64,000 nucleotides of DNA from Phycisphaerae bacterium (lineage in GTDB: Bacteria > Planctomycetota > Phycisphaerae > Sedimentisphaerales > UBA12454): positions 70,636 to 134,635 of the forward strand of contig JBAZHC010000001.1 of the NCBI GenBank assembly GCA_041652575.1. The letters are read 5' to 3'. Under the pieces are notes generated by a model. That model was not told the DNA's origin. It saw only the letters and a list, made by a program, of their open reading frames with translations, and did no database searches. The first letter of the stretch is position 1. Each line of letters opens with the position of its first letter. Below, piece by piece: positions 18,328 to 26,453 of this stretch. A program made the translations under genes and the position numbers.

Positions 18328-18435
18328 AAATCAGGGTATAGGGGATATTGGCCGGCAGGATTATATTTAGCTCGCCGCCTGCCCTCCGTAGTCCGTCTTG
18401 GCGGACGAAGGATGGGTACCCGATGCGAGGTAATT

Positions 18436-18504
18436 AGCCACAAAGGCACTAAGACACTAAGAAAAAATATTTTAAAAACTTTGTGCTTTCGTGTCTTGGT
18501 GGCT
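18436..18504. repeat. Family A imperfect inverted repeat
   Basis: The arms 18436-18461 and 18479-18504 are complementary at 20 of 26 positions by hand count. The loop is aaaaaatattttaaaaa. Confidence 0.7.
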
Positions 18505-18507
18505 ATT

Positions 18508-18539
18508 AAAAAAAAGGCCCCGCCATTTCCGGCGGAGCC
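18508..18539 (-). terminator. Rho-independent terminator of the cold-shock gene
   Basis: On the minus strand the stem is ggctccgcc-ggaaat-ggcggggcc (one mismatch), followed by an 8-nt T run. It lies 29 nt after the stop codon. Confidence 0.75.
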
Positions 18540-18567
18540 TTACGTTTTTAAGTCATTTACCGCTCAA

Positions 18568-18771
18568 TTATGCGGGGACTACATTGGTCGCGCATGGACC
18601 CTTTTTGCCCTGACCTACTTCGAATGTTACGCTTTGGCCTTCATCTAATGATGTGTAGCCCGGAACCTTTATTTCAGAATGATGAACGAACAAATCTGCT
18701 CCGCCATCGTCCGGGGTAATAAAGCCAAAACCTTTACTTGCGTTGAACCATTTTACTTTACCTGTACTCAC
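18568..18771 (-). CDS. cspA: CspA-family cold-shock protein
   Basis: 67 aa with the RNP1/RNP2 motifs ([15 protein letters not shown] and DLFVHHS). Confidence 0.95.
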   Translation of the reverse strand: MSTGKVKWFNASKGFGFITPDDGGADLFVHHSEIKVPGYTSLDEGQSVTFEVGQGKKGPCATNVVPA

Positions 18772-19037
18772 GTGATTACTCCTTAATACTGTTTTAAAAA
18801 AATAAACAAACTATCTCTCTGGTTACATTTATAGGGAAGTACTATTGAGAGATGAAACAATATCCCTGAAACTTTTTTACCATACTTTAGACTCTTCATT
18901 ACTTATTATATACAAAGTATAACATAATAATGACAAATAGGCAATAAATAAATGCCATCCGCCGCATTTTAGTCTTTCTGCGCGGACGAAAAAGGGGGGA
19001 AATACGCTTTTTTGCGTAAAAACGCTGATTTTGTCGG

Positions 19038-20087
19038 CTAATTCAATTTTGCCCGCAGTGTTTCAGCTCGCAAAACGTCTCTTTGCTCCGGATTGAGGGC
19101 TTGTCCCTTGTTTATCTGCAGATGAGCCGGCTGGGTGAGCATAAAAAGTTCGTTTATGGTCTCGATTGAGATTTCCTTGATTCTGCCCATATTTATTCCC
19201 ATTCTCAGGTTGCTCAGAAGGAACATCGCTTCGTGAGAACTGATAAGTCTGGCGTTTTTTAATACCGCCAAAGCTCGGGCTATTTTGTCGTCGAGAATAT
19301 TAATGTCTTTTACCATTAATCTGTCGCGGGCGACTCGTTCGTATTCCACAATCTTGGGAATTATCAGGTTCTGAAAATCTTCGACTATTTTTTCTTCGCT
19401 GACGCCAAGTGTAACCTGGTTTGAAATCTGGAAGAAGTCGCCGACCGCTTCTGTTCCTTCGCCGAACAGGCCGCGAACAGTAAGATTCATATCCTTGGCC
19501 GATTCGAATAATTTTTTAAGCTGCTCGGTCATTTTAATCGCAGGCAGATGCATCATCACCGAGACTCTTATCCCGGTGCCGAGATTTGTCGGACAGGCCG
19601 TCAGAAAACCGTATTTTGAACTGAATGCGTATGTTATTTTTTCGCCGATGGCGTTGTCGATATCGTTGATTCTCTGCCAGCATTTGTCGAGATTGAGTCC
19701 TGCCGCCAGAACGCTCAGTCTCAGATGGTCTTCTTCGTTTATCTGCGCCGCGAAAAGTTCGTTCTTGGCGATAACGGCGCCTCGCGGCCCTTTTCCAGCA
19801 GCCAGGTTCCTGCTGATAAGCTGCCGCTCTATGAGTAAATCTCTTTCGAGACTGCTGCCGTGCTCTATATCGATGAAAAAGATATCGCCTAACTCGCTGA
19901 GCGAAAGGATTGTTTCTTTCAGGGTTTGGAGAATCTTTCTCTTTTCCTCGTCGCTGCATCGGCATGTAAACTTGTGCCCGGCGATATTACGCGCGAGCCT
20001 TATCCGTGAGGAAATGACAATGTCCGATAATGGTACGCCGGGGTCGAACCATCGGCTCGTTTTCGTACTTAAATCCGTAAGTCTCAT
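19038..20087 (-). CDS. mcsB: Protein arginine kinase McsB (ATP:guanido phosphotransferase family)
   Basis: Contains RLARNIAG, INEEDHLRL, TNLGTGIRVSVMMHLPA and TVRGLFGEG. Confidence 0.9.
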   Translation of the reverse strand: MRLTDLSTKTSRWFDPGVPLSDIVISSRIRLARNIAGHKFTCRCSDEEKRKILQTLKETILSLSELGDIFFIDIEHGSSLERDLLIERQLISRNLAAGKGPRGAVIAKNELFAAQINEEDHLRLSVLAAGLNLDKCWQRINDIDNAIGEKITYAFSSKYGFLTACPTNLGTGIRVSVMMHLPAIKMTEQLKKLFESAKDMNLTVRGLFGEGTEAVGDFFQISNQVTLGVSEEKIVEDFQNLIIPKIVEYERVARDRLMVKDINILDDKIARALAVLKNARLISSHEAMFLLSNLRMGINMGRIKEISIETINELFMLTQPAHLQINKGQALNPEQRDVLRAETLRAKLN

Positions 20088-20590
20088 TGCAGTGTCTTCA
20101 GCTGGTCCCTGATTTTAGCGGCCAGCTCGTAATCTTCCTTCTCTATTGCCAGGCTCAATTGCTTTTTAAGCTCTTCCGTTTCGCTTTGTTCTTCGCTCTT
20201 GGCGCTGGTACTGGTTTGTATTTGGGCAGGAACTTTTCCTTTATGCGTTAAATTATTATCCTGGGTCTTTTCGATAATCTGGCGCAGGTCGTCTCCGAAA
20301 ACTTCGTAATCATTCGGACAACCCAGCAGCGCCTGTTTGCGGAACTGCTCCATTGTTATTCCGCATTCGGGGCAGGATATTTGGGGCTTTTCAGAGATGC
20401 CGTTTTCGCCTGTCTGCTGATGTGCCGCAAGAAGAGAACTTAAAAGTTCATTCAGCGAAAGCTGGCTTTTTATGGTTACTCCCTCCTGCTGCGCGCAGTT
20501 TTGACACAGATGACTTTCAGTTCGCTGACCGTCAATTATTTCGGTCAGATGAACCGTTGCTGTTTTAGTTTTGCAATTATCGCACTGCAT
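20084..20590 (-). CDS. mcsA: McsA-like activator: zinc-finger N-terminus plus a UvrB/UvrC motif
   Basis: CDNC...CQNC and CPEC cysteine pairs, and a C-terminal EDYELAAKIRDQL UVR motif. The gene overlaps mcsB by 4 nt. Confidence 0.85.
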   Translation of the reverse strand: MQCDNCKTKTATVHLTEIIDGQRTESHLCQNCAQQEGVTIKSQLSLNELLSSLLAAHQQTGENGISEKPQISCPECGITMEQFRKQALLGCPNDYEVFGDDLRQIIEKTQDNNLTHKGKVPAQIQTSTSAKSEEQSETEELKKQLSLAIEKEDYELAAKIRDQLKTLQ

Positions 20591-20681
20591 GGTTTACCTG
20601 TTCTATTATACTCGAAAATCTCTTAAAAAATTCACCCAATAATACATCGGCAGTAAAATAAAACGACTAAATAAGTACTTT

Positions 20682-21041
20682 TTAGCTATATCTCGCCTTG
20701 CAGCCGCTCGTTTCGGTAACCTCGACGTACAAAGGACTTATGTGCTTTGGAATTTCTTCTTTGATACTGCTGAATATATATTTGGCGACATTTTCGGCCG
20801 AAGTATTAGTATTTTTAAAGCACGCGAAATCTTCCAGTGCCCGGTCGTTAAAAGGACTGACGATTCCGTCCAGAATCATTTTCAGTTTATTGAAGTCCAG
20901 CAGCACTCCGTTTTCGTCGAGGCTTTCGCCGCCGACGACAGCCTCGGCTATCCAGTCGTGAATGTGATAAGGCTCGACCGCTTCCGACAGCTTAAGCTGA
21001 TGGCCCGCGCGGAATGTTGCTGTTACGGATATCGTATACAT
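20682..21041 (-). CDS. queD: 6-carboxy-5,6,7,8-tetrahydropterin synthase (PTPS family)
   Basis: 119 aa with FRAGHQL...HIHDW...VEVTETSGCKARY. Confidence 0.85.
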   Translation of the reverse strand: MYTISVTATFRAGHQLKLSEAVEPYHIHDWIAEAVVGGESLDENGVLLDFNKLKMILDGIVSPFNDRALEDFACFKNTNTSAENVAKYIFSSIKEEIPKHISPLYVEVTETSGCKARYS

Positions 21042-21045
21042 TTTT

Positions 21046-21552
21046 TTAGCCCTGTGCTGAGTTTATTTCAGCGACTCTTTTTTGCAGTCTTTCATAAACG
21101 CTCTGCGGTATCAGGTTCGACACATCGCCGCCCAGTCTTGCTATTTGTCTTATAAGCGCCGAACTTGTAAAACCGAATTCCTCGCTGGTCATAACGAACA
21201 CTGTTTCGATGCCCGCCACGGCACGATTCGTCATCGCAAGCTGAAATTCATATTGAACATCGGTAAGATTTCGCAGGCCGCGCAGCATTGCCGTTGCGCC
21301 TACGCTTGCCGCATATTCGACTGTAAGACAGTCGTAGCTCTGAACACTCACTCCTTCGATACCTGCCACGAGAGGCTTTATCAGTTCTACGCGCTCGGCA
21401 GGGGTGAAAAACGGGTCTTTCAGCGGACTGTTTCCAACCGCGACAATCAGTTCGTCGAACAGTTTTATACCGCGATGGATTACGTCCAGGTGGCCGTTGG
21501 TTATCGGGTCGAATGAACCCGGAAATACCGCTCTGACAAATCTCTTTGCCAT
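21046..21552 (-). CDS. coaD: Phosphopantetheine adenylyltransferase
   Basis: Contains AVFPGSFDPITNGHLDVI and ISSSLIRQ-like (TSSALIRQI) motifs. Confidence 0.95.
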   Translation of the reverse strand: MAKRFVRAVFPGSFDPITNGHLDVIHRGIKLFDELIVAVGNSPLKDPFFTPAERVELIKPLVAGIEGVSVQSYDCLTVEYAASVGATAMLRGLRNLTDVQYEFQLAMTNRAVAGIETVFVMTSEEFGFTSSALIRQIARLGGDVSNLIPQSVYERLQKRVAEINSAQG

Positions 21553-21571
21553 ATTACGCCTTTCGTTTAGT

Positions 21572-21591
21572 CCCCGCCGCTTGAGGCGGGG
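21572..21591. repeat. Family D GC hairpin (ccccgcc-gcttga-ggcgggg), copy 1
   Basis: A perfect 7-bp stem. The flanks tttag...tg(g)tta are shared with copy 2. Confidence 0.65.
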
Positions 21592-21695
21592 TGGTTAGCC
21601 CTGCCAATACCTTGGCAGAGTTCGTCATCATTCCGACCATTCACAACGCAACCGAGCCGCGAATATAAATGAGCGGTCTTCAAAATTGTTTAGCA

Positions 21696-21713
21696 CCCGC
21701 CGCTTGAGGCGGG
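21696..21713. repeat. Family D GC hairpin (cccgcc-gcttga-ggcggg), copy 2
   Basis: It has the same stem-loop sequence as copy 1 and lies about 120 bp away in the same intergenic region. Confidence 0.65.
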
Positions 21714-21763
21714 CTGTTACGGCGTTTCCCCAATTATAACAGAAATGCCTTCCGCGTCAAATA

Positions 21764-23203
21764 TCAGACTGATTTGCCGCTTGGCAGAAATTTACCCAGT
21801 TCGCAGCTTTTTGCCGCCAATTTCCTGCCTTCGGCCGCGTTTTTCAGTTTTCCGGCGGCAATCGCCTGTATCAGGATGTTTCCGATTGCCGTTCCCTCGA
21901 CCGGCCCTGTAATCACCGTTTTGCCCGTTGCGTCAGCCGCCAGTTGATTCAGCAAATCGTTTTTCGAGCCGCCGCCCACGATGTGCAGCGTATCTATTTT
22001 CTTGCCGGTGATTTTTTCGAGCGTCTCCATCTCGTCGCGATATTTCGCTGACAGGCTTTCGAGAATAACTCGTGCCATTTGTCCTTTGTCTTCGATTGGT
22101 TTTTGACCTGTTTTTTTAAGATGATTGTTTATCCTCGTTGGCATTTCGCCGGGCGCAAGAAATTCCGAATTGTTGCAGTCGATAACAGCCGCCAATGGCT
22201 TCGCTTCTTTTGCCATCTTTGTAATTTCAGCGTAATCGAGTTTGCAGCCTTCTTTCTCCCATTGCCTTCTGCATTCCTGCAAAAGCCACAGACCCATAAT
22301 GTTTTTCAAAAATCTGATTGTGTTTTCAATTCCGCCTTCGTTTGTAAATGCGCCGCTGAAACTGTCATCGTTTATTATTGCACCTTTGCTTTCAATGCCA
22401 ATCAGGCTCCACGTTCCGCTCGAAAGATACGCCCAGTTATTTCCCTCTGCCGGAACTGCCGCAACCGCGCACGCCGTATCGTGAGAACCTGTCGCGATTA
22501 TATCGATTGGTTCGCAGTTCAATTCTTTGCAGATTTCAGGTTTTAATTTTCCAACCTTTGTACCGGGTCTTACAATCTCCGGCATAATGTCGATCGGCAG
22601 CGAAAGTTTTTCAAAAATCTCTTTTGACCACTTTCCCGTTTTCATATCCAAAAGCCCCGATGTGCTCGCAAGCGTGTATTCAGCAAAAGATTTACCGCAG
22701 AGATAATAAGAAACCAAATCCGCCATAAAAATCAGCTTCTTGGTTTTTTTCAGAATTTCAGGATTAAGCGATTTTGCCGCTAACAACTGAAAAATCGTAT
22801 TTAGCTGCATAAACTGAATACCGGAATTTTCATAAATCGCGCGCTTCGGCATAAGCTCAAAGGCCTTTTCCATCATATTGTTTGTTCTGCTGTCGCGGTA
22901 GTGATATGGATTTTCGAGCAGTTTGCCGTCGGAGCCTATAAGCCCGAAATCTACGCCCCAACTGTCAACAGCGATACCATCGATTGGTTCGGTACTTGTT
23001 TTTATCGCCTCGGCGATGCCGGCTTTGATTTGGGAAAATAATTTTTCAAAATCCCATCGCAGAGAATTATTCTGCTGAACAGGTCCATTGATGAAGCGAT
23101 GAATTTCTGCCAGTTCTAATTTCTCGTCGCCGATTGTTCCGAGCATTACTCTGCCGCTTTCTGCGCCGAGGTCAACAGCTATATATCGGGAAACTTTGTT
23201 CAT
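21764..23203 (-). CDS. rhaB: Rhamnulokinase-like FGGY-family sugar kinase
   Basis: Contains IAVDLGAESGRVMLG...LRWD, and the 479-aa length and FGGY C-terminal motif HIVGGGSKN fit the family. Confidence 0.75.
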   Translation of the reverse strand: MNKVSRYIAVDLGAESGRVMLGTIGDEKLELAEIHRFINGPVQQNNSLRWDFEKLFSQIKAGIAEAIKTSTEPIDGIAVDSWGVDFGLIGSDGKLLENPYHYRDSRTNNMMEKAFELMPKRAIYENSGIQFMQLNTIFQLLAAKSLNPEILKKTKKLIFMADLVSYYLCGKSFAEYTLASTSGLLDMKTGKWSKEIFEKLSLPIDIMPEIVRPGTKVGKLKPEICKELNCEPIDIIATGSHDTACAVAAVPAEGNNWAYLSSGTWSLIGIESKGAIINDDSFSGAFTNEGGIENTIRFLKNIMGLWLLQECRRQWEKEGCKLDYAEITKMAKEAKPLAAVIDCNNSEFLAPGEMPTRINNHLKKTGQKPIEDKGQMARVILESLSAKYRDEMETLEKITGKKIDTLHIVGGGSKNDLLNQLAADATGKTVITGPVEGTAIGNILIQAIAAGKLKNAAEGRKLAAKSCELGKFLPSGKSV

Positions 23204-23331
23204 CTGTTACCTGCCGATTTAATTTAGATACCTTAATAAACCGTCTGAAAAGCTTTTTTGCAAGCAAAACTTACCCTGAGCTTACCCGAAGGATAGGGCT
23301 TAAACCGGCGTAAATGCCAAAAACAAACAAA

Positions 23332-23372
23332 AACGAACAATACCCGCCCCAAACGCGGGAGCATTGTTCGTT
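23332..23372 (-). terminator. Rho-independent terminator after the lipoprotein gene
   Basis: The stem is aacgaacaat.cccgc / gcggg.gcattgttcgtt. On the minus strand it is followed by ttttgtttgttttt. Confidence 0.7.
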
Positions 23373-23417
23373 TTAAGGTTTACAGCGTACAGCTTACTGT
23401 GCCCTGTGTTTTTCCTG

Positions 23418-23708
23418 TTAAGGCTTGGGCGTATTGGCATCGCTGGTTTTCTTGGTATCGCCTTTAATAGCTTCGCCAGTTTTCTCAACGGCGCCGCCTA
23501 CTACTTCGCCGGTTTTTTTAGCGGCGCCTTTGACGGCACTTCCGGTCTTTTCAGCGGCGACTTCAACAGCCTCGCCGGTCTTCTCGGCGGCCTTATCTAT
23601 CTTTTCGCCTGCCGACTCCATCGGCCCTTTGTCGTCATCGCAGCCGGCCAGTGCCAGCACGGCCAATACTGCCCCAATCAGCAATACTTGTTTTAGAATC
23701 TTTTTCAT
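23418..23708 (-). CDS. Small lipoprotein built from five 11-residue repeats
   Basis: A signal peptide with the lipobox LAGC is followed by GEKIDKAAEKT / GEAVEVAAEKT / GSAVKGAAKKT / GEVVGGAVEKT / GEAIKGDTKKT. Confidence 0.8.
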   Translation of the reverse strand: MKKILKQVLLIGAVLAVLALAGCDDDKGPMESAGEKIDKAAEKTGEAVEVAAEKTGSAVKGAAKKTGEVVGGAVEKTGEAIKGDTKKTSDANTPKP

Positions 23709-23771
23709 CTTCGCGTCCTTTCCGATTTGCGTTTCTAACGTCTATTCTCTGAAATTTTAAATTTTAAATCT

Positions 23772-24119
23772 TCAATTCTTCCCTCTCCGCCTTCGGCGGT
23801 CTTTCTGTTTCCGGATTTTTTCAATTTTTTTAGCCTGCGGGCTTTCTTTGCCAAGTAATTTATTTTCGAGCAGTTCACAAAGTTGTTTTCTCGCGTAATA
23901 ACGGTTTAGTCCCTGACTTCGGCTCTTTTGCACCTTGACAGCCAGGCCGCTGGGAATATGTTTTAAATGAACGCAGGTGGAAGTTTTATTTACTTTCTGG
24001 CCGCCTTTGCCGCCGCTGCGAACGAACGTTTCCTCTAAATCCTTTTCGAACAGCTTACAGCTTGCCATTCGCTGCGCAAGCTCCTGCCTTTTTCTTTCTG
24101 TAATTCCAAAATTAATCAT
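23772..24119 (-). CDS. GGQ (RF-1 domain) protein, ArfB-like ribosome-rescue / peptidyl-tRNA hydrolase family
   Basis: Contains SGGKGGQKVNKTST and a basic C-terminal tail, KQKDRRRRRGK. Confidence 0.75.
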   Translation of the reverse strand: MINFGITERKRQELAQRMASCKLFEKDLEETFVRSGGKGGQKVNKTSTCVHLKHIPSGLAVKVQKSRSQGLNRYYARKQLCELLENKLLGKESPQAKKIEKIRKQKDRRRRRGKN

Positions 24120-24186
24120 ATATCTTGCCTTTGGCGCCGGCTATCTCATCGGGGTTTGCGCAGCAATGATAAATTTAAACAAGAAA

Positions 24187-24765
24187 CTAACCTTTAAGTT
24201 CGCCCCAATTAACCTGCTTCCTGTCGAGTTCGAGAATTTCGGAACTGTTTATGAGCCATCTCTTGTCCGGCGTTTTTTCAAAACTGAATCTTGCCTTTAC
24301 AATCAGAAATGACTTGCCCATCCTCGCAATTTCGCTTTCCTCGGAAAATTTAATCAATGCCTCCATTGTAAAAGTCGCGTGATTATCTTCTACAACTGTT
24401 CCCCGGCTCAGAAACGTTAGTTTTTCAATCATTGCCGTTTGAATCATCGCCTGGCAGTATGCGATTATCGTATCTTTTGAGGAATGGGCAGTATCGGCGT
24501 AATCATCGGCGATTATTTCTTTAATCGGCTCTATTTTTTGTTCTTCGAAAGCCTTTATGCCGATGTTTATTGCGTTGAGAATTTTTTCTTTATCGGTTTG
24601 AACAAAATACGAAACTGCGAAAGCCAAAGCGACAATCCCCAGAGGTATCAGCGGATGCCATCGCCGTCTTTTATCGGGTTTCAGTATCCACAGCAGCCAC
24701 AGTCCGAACATCACCACACCGGCCGCTGCGATTCCGACAAACGGATATTCGAAAACATTCCACAT
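24187..24765 (-). CDS. Hypothetical membrane-anchored protein
   Basis: Two N-terminal hydrophobic helices are followed by a ~120-aa soluble domain. No diagnostic motif was recognised. Confidence 0.55.
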   Translation of the reverse strand: MWNVFEYPFVGIAAAGVVMFGLWLLWILKPDKRRRWHPLIPLGIVALAFAVSYFVQTDKEKILNAINIGIKAFEEQKIEPIKEIIADDYADTAHSSKDTIIAYCQAMIQTAMIEKLTFLSRGTVVEDNHATFTMEALIKFSEESEIARMGKSFLIVKARFSFEKTPDKRWLINSSEILELDRKQVNWGELKG

Positions 24766-24769
24766 AAAA

Positions 24770-26131
24770 TTAATTCCTTAGCGCTCTTATTTGTGCCGGT
24801 ATTCTGCCTTTTCGTTTAATAAAATCCGGCGAAGCGATTTTCGGCACCTTCATAATCGGCGCCGAGCCCAGTAATCCGCCGAAATGTACTATCTGTCCCG
24901 CCTTTTTCCCCGGCACGGGTATAACCCTCACGCTGGTGGTTTTATTATTGGCAACTCCGATTGCAAGCTCGTCAGCGATTATCGCGCTCAACACCTCCGC
25001 CGGCGTATTCCCCGGAACCGCGAACATATCCAGGCCGACCGAACAGACGCTTGTCAGCGCTTCGAGCTTTTCAAGATTGAGCGCACCTGTCCGCACGGCG
25101 CGAATCATTCCGGCGTCTTCACTAACCGGAATAAATGTACCCGACAGGCCCCCGACATTCCCAGACGCCATCGCGCCGCCTTTTTTCACAGCATCCATAA
25201 GCATCGCAAGAGCCGCAGTCGAGCCGGGCCTGCCTATCCTCGAAACACCCATCGCTTCTATTATTTCCGCTACCGAATCGCCTCGCTTGGGCGTAGAGGC
25301 AAGCGAAATATCGACTATCCCAAACTCAACCTTCATCAGATCCGCTATTTCCCTGCCGATAAGCTCGCCGGCCCGTGTTATCTTGAAAACCGTCCTCTTT
25401 ATAACCTCCGAAAGCATCGTTAAATCACATTTCGGATTGTTCTCGACAACCTCCCTTACAACGCCGGGGCCCGATATTCCAATATTGAGCGAGTAATCGC
25501 CTTCGCCAACTCCATGATGAGCACCGGCCATAAAAGGATTGTCCTCCGGCACATTGGCAAAGACGGCAATCTTGGCACAGCCGATTCCGTTTTTGCTTTT
25601 TGCAGCAAGGGCCTTGAGAATATGGCCGAACTTTTCAATCGCCGTCATATTCATTCCTGCCGAACTCGACGCGAGATTTAAAAAGCCGCACAACCTTTCA
25701 GTCTGCGACAATGCCTGCGGCAACGAATCAATCAGCAGCTCATCGGATTTCGTCATTGATTTTTGAACAAGCGCCCCGAACCCGCCGATAAAATCAATAT
25801 CGGCTGCCTTTGCCGCCCTGTCCAAAGTTTTAGCCACAGATACAGCGGTCGAAATCTTCCGCGGCAGCGATTCGATAAGCAGCGAAACAGGCGTTACACT
25901 TATTCGCCTGTTCGTTATGGGTATGCCGTATTTAGCCTCAAGCACATCGGCGCATTCGTTCAGGCGTTTGCCCATCTCTGAAATCCGCTTATAAATTCTT
26001 TTATTGAACGCGGCCAGGTTCCTGTCGGCGCAGTCTTTCAGATTGACCCCGAGCGTAACGGTTCTGATATCGAAATTCTGCTCGATAGTCATCTTTACCG
26101 TTTCAAAGACCTCTTCTACTGATATTCGCAT
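24770..26131 (-). CDS. UPF0210 / DUF711 (PFL-like) family protein
   Basis: ETVKMTIEQNFDIRTVTLGVNLKDC matches the N-terminal signature of the family as I remember it. The start was placed at MRISVEE, 17 codons inside the ORF-track start. Confidence 0.75.
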   Translation of the reverse strand: MRISVEEVFETVKMTIEQNFDIRTVTLGVNLKDCADRNLAAFNKRIYKRISEMGKRLNECADVLEAKYGIPITNRRISVTPVSLLIESLPRKISTAVSVAKTLDRAAKAADIDFIGGFGALVQKSMTKSDELLIDSLPQALSQTERLCGFLNLASSSAGMNMTAIEKFGHILKALAAKSKNGIGCAKIAVFANVPEDNPFMAGAHHGVGEGDYSLNIGISGPGVVREVVENNPKCDLTMLSEVIKRTVFKITRAGELIGREIADLMKVEFGIVDISLASTPKRGDSVAEIIEAMGVSRIGRPGSTAALAMLMDAVKKGGAMASGNVGGLSGTFIPVSEDAGMIRAVRTGALNLEKLEALTSVCSVGLDMFAVPGNTPAEVLSAIIADELAIGVANNKTTSVRVIPVPGKKAGQIVHFGGLLGSAPIMKVPKIASPDFIKRKGRIPAQIRALRN

Positions 26132-26453
26132 AATCCGTTCCTTTACGTTAATAAAACTAAACCCAAGCACTAATGTACCCAAAATCGCCAGTCCGGCAAC
26201 AATAATTTGGGCGTGGATTTGTTTGCCATCGAAATTGACGATATGGCCGCCGAAGCGGGGAGCATTAGAAAGTGATTCCTACAGTTTCCTTGCAAAAACC
26301 AAGCGATGGGATAAAAGGCGGGTAAGTCTTGACCCCGCACCTAATCGCGTTCAAATAATTAAAATAGGTGCGGGATTGACCTGTTCTATCTATTCTGTTA
26401 TCGTATGTGGCGGTTTTATATGGAGTAAAAGTAAATTGCAAGCATTTAGACGT

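Noticed and set aside
9650-18510. Whether the recurring hairpin repeats form a CRISPR array.
   Set aside because: The copies are non-identical, belong to several families, are irregularly spaced (kilobases apart) and are separated by real genes. No cas genes are present.
18412-18648. A 78-aa plus-strand ORF between the GspK-like gene and csp.
   Set aside because: It spans the family A hairpin and the csp terminator and runs antisense into csp. There is no RBS and no recognisable sequence.
21600-21617. The ctgccaa-tacc-ttggcag hairpin as part of a tRNA or tRNA fragment.
   Set aside because: No T-arm (GGTTCGA-type), D-arm or acceptor pairing can be built around it.
26004-26453. The 150-codon 5' extension of the ABC-transporter ORF in the track (878 aa).
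   Set aside because: The extension is antisense to the UPF0210 gene and its upstream region and has no transporter-like sequence. The MsbA-type N-terminus (MFKYIWPQWPR followed by TM1) begins at the ATG at 26454.
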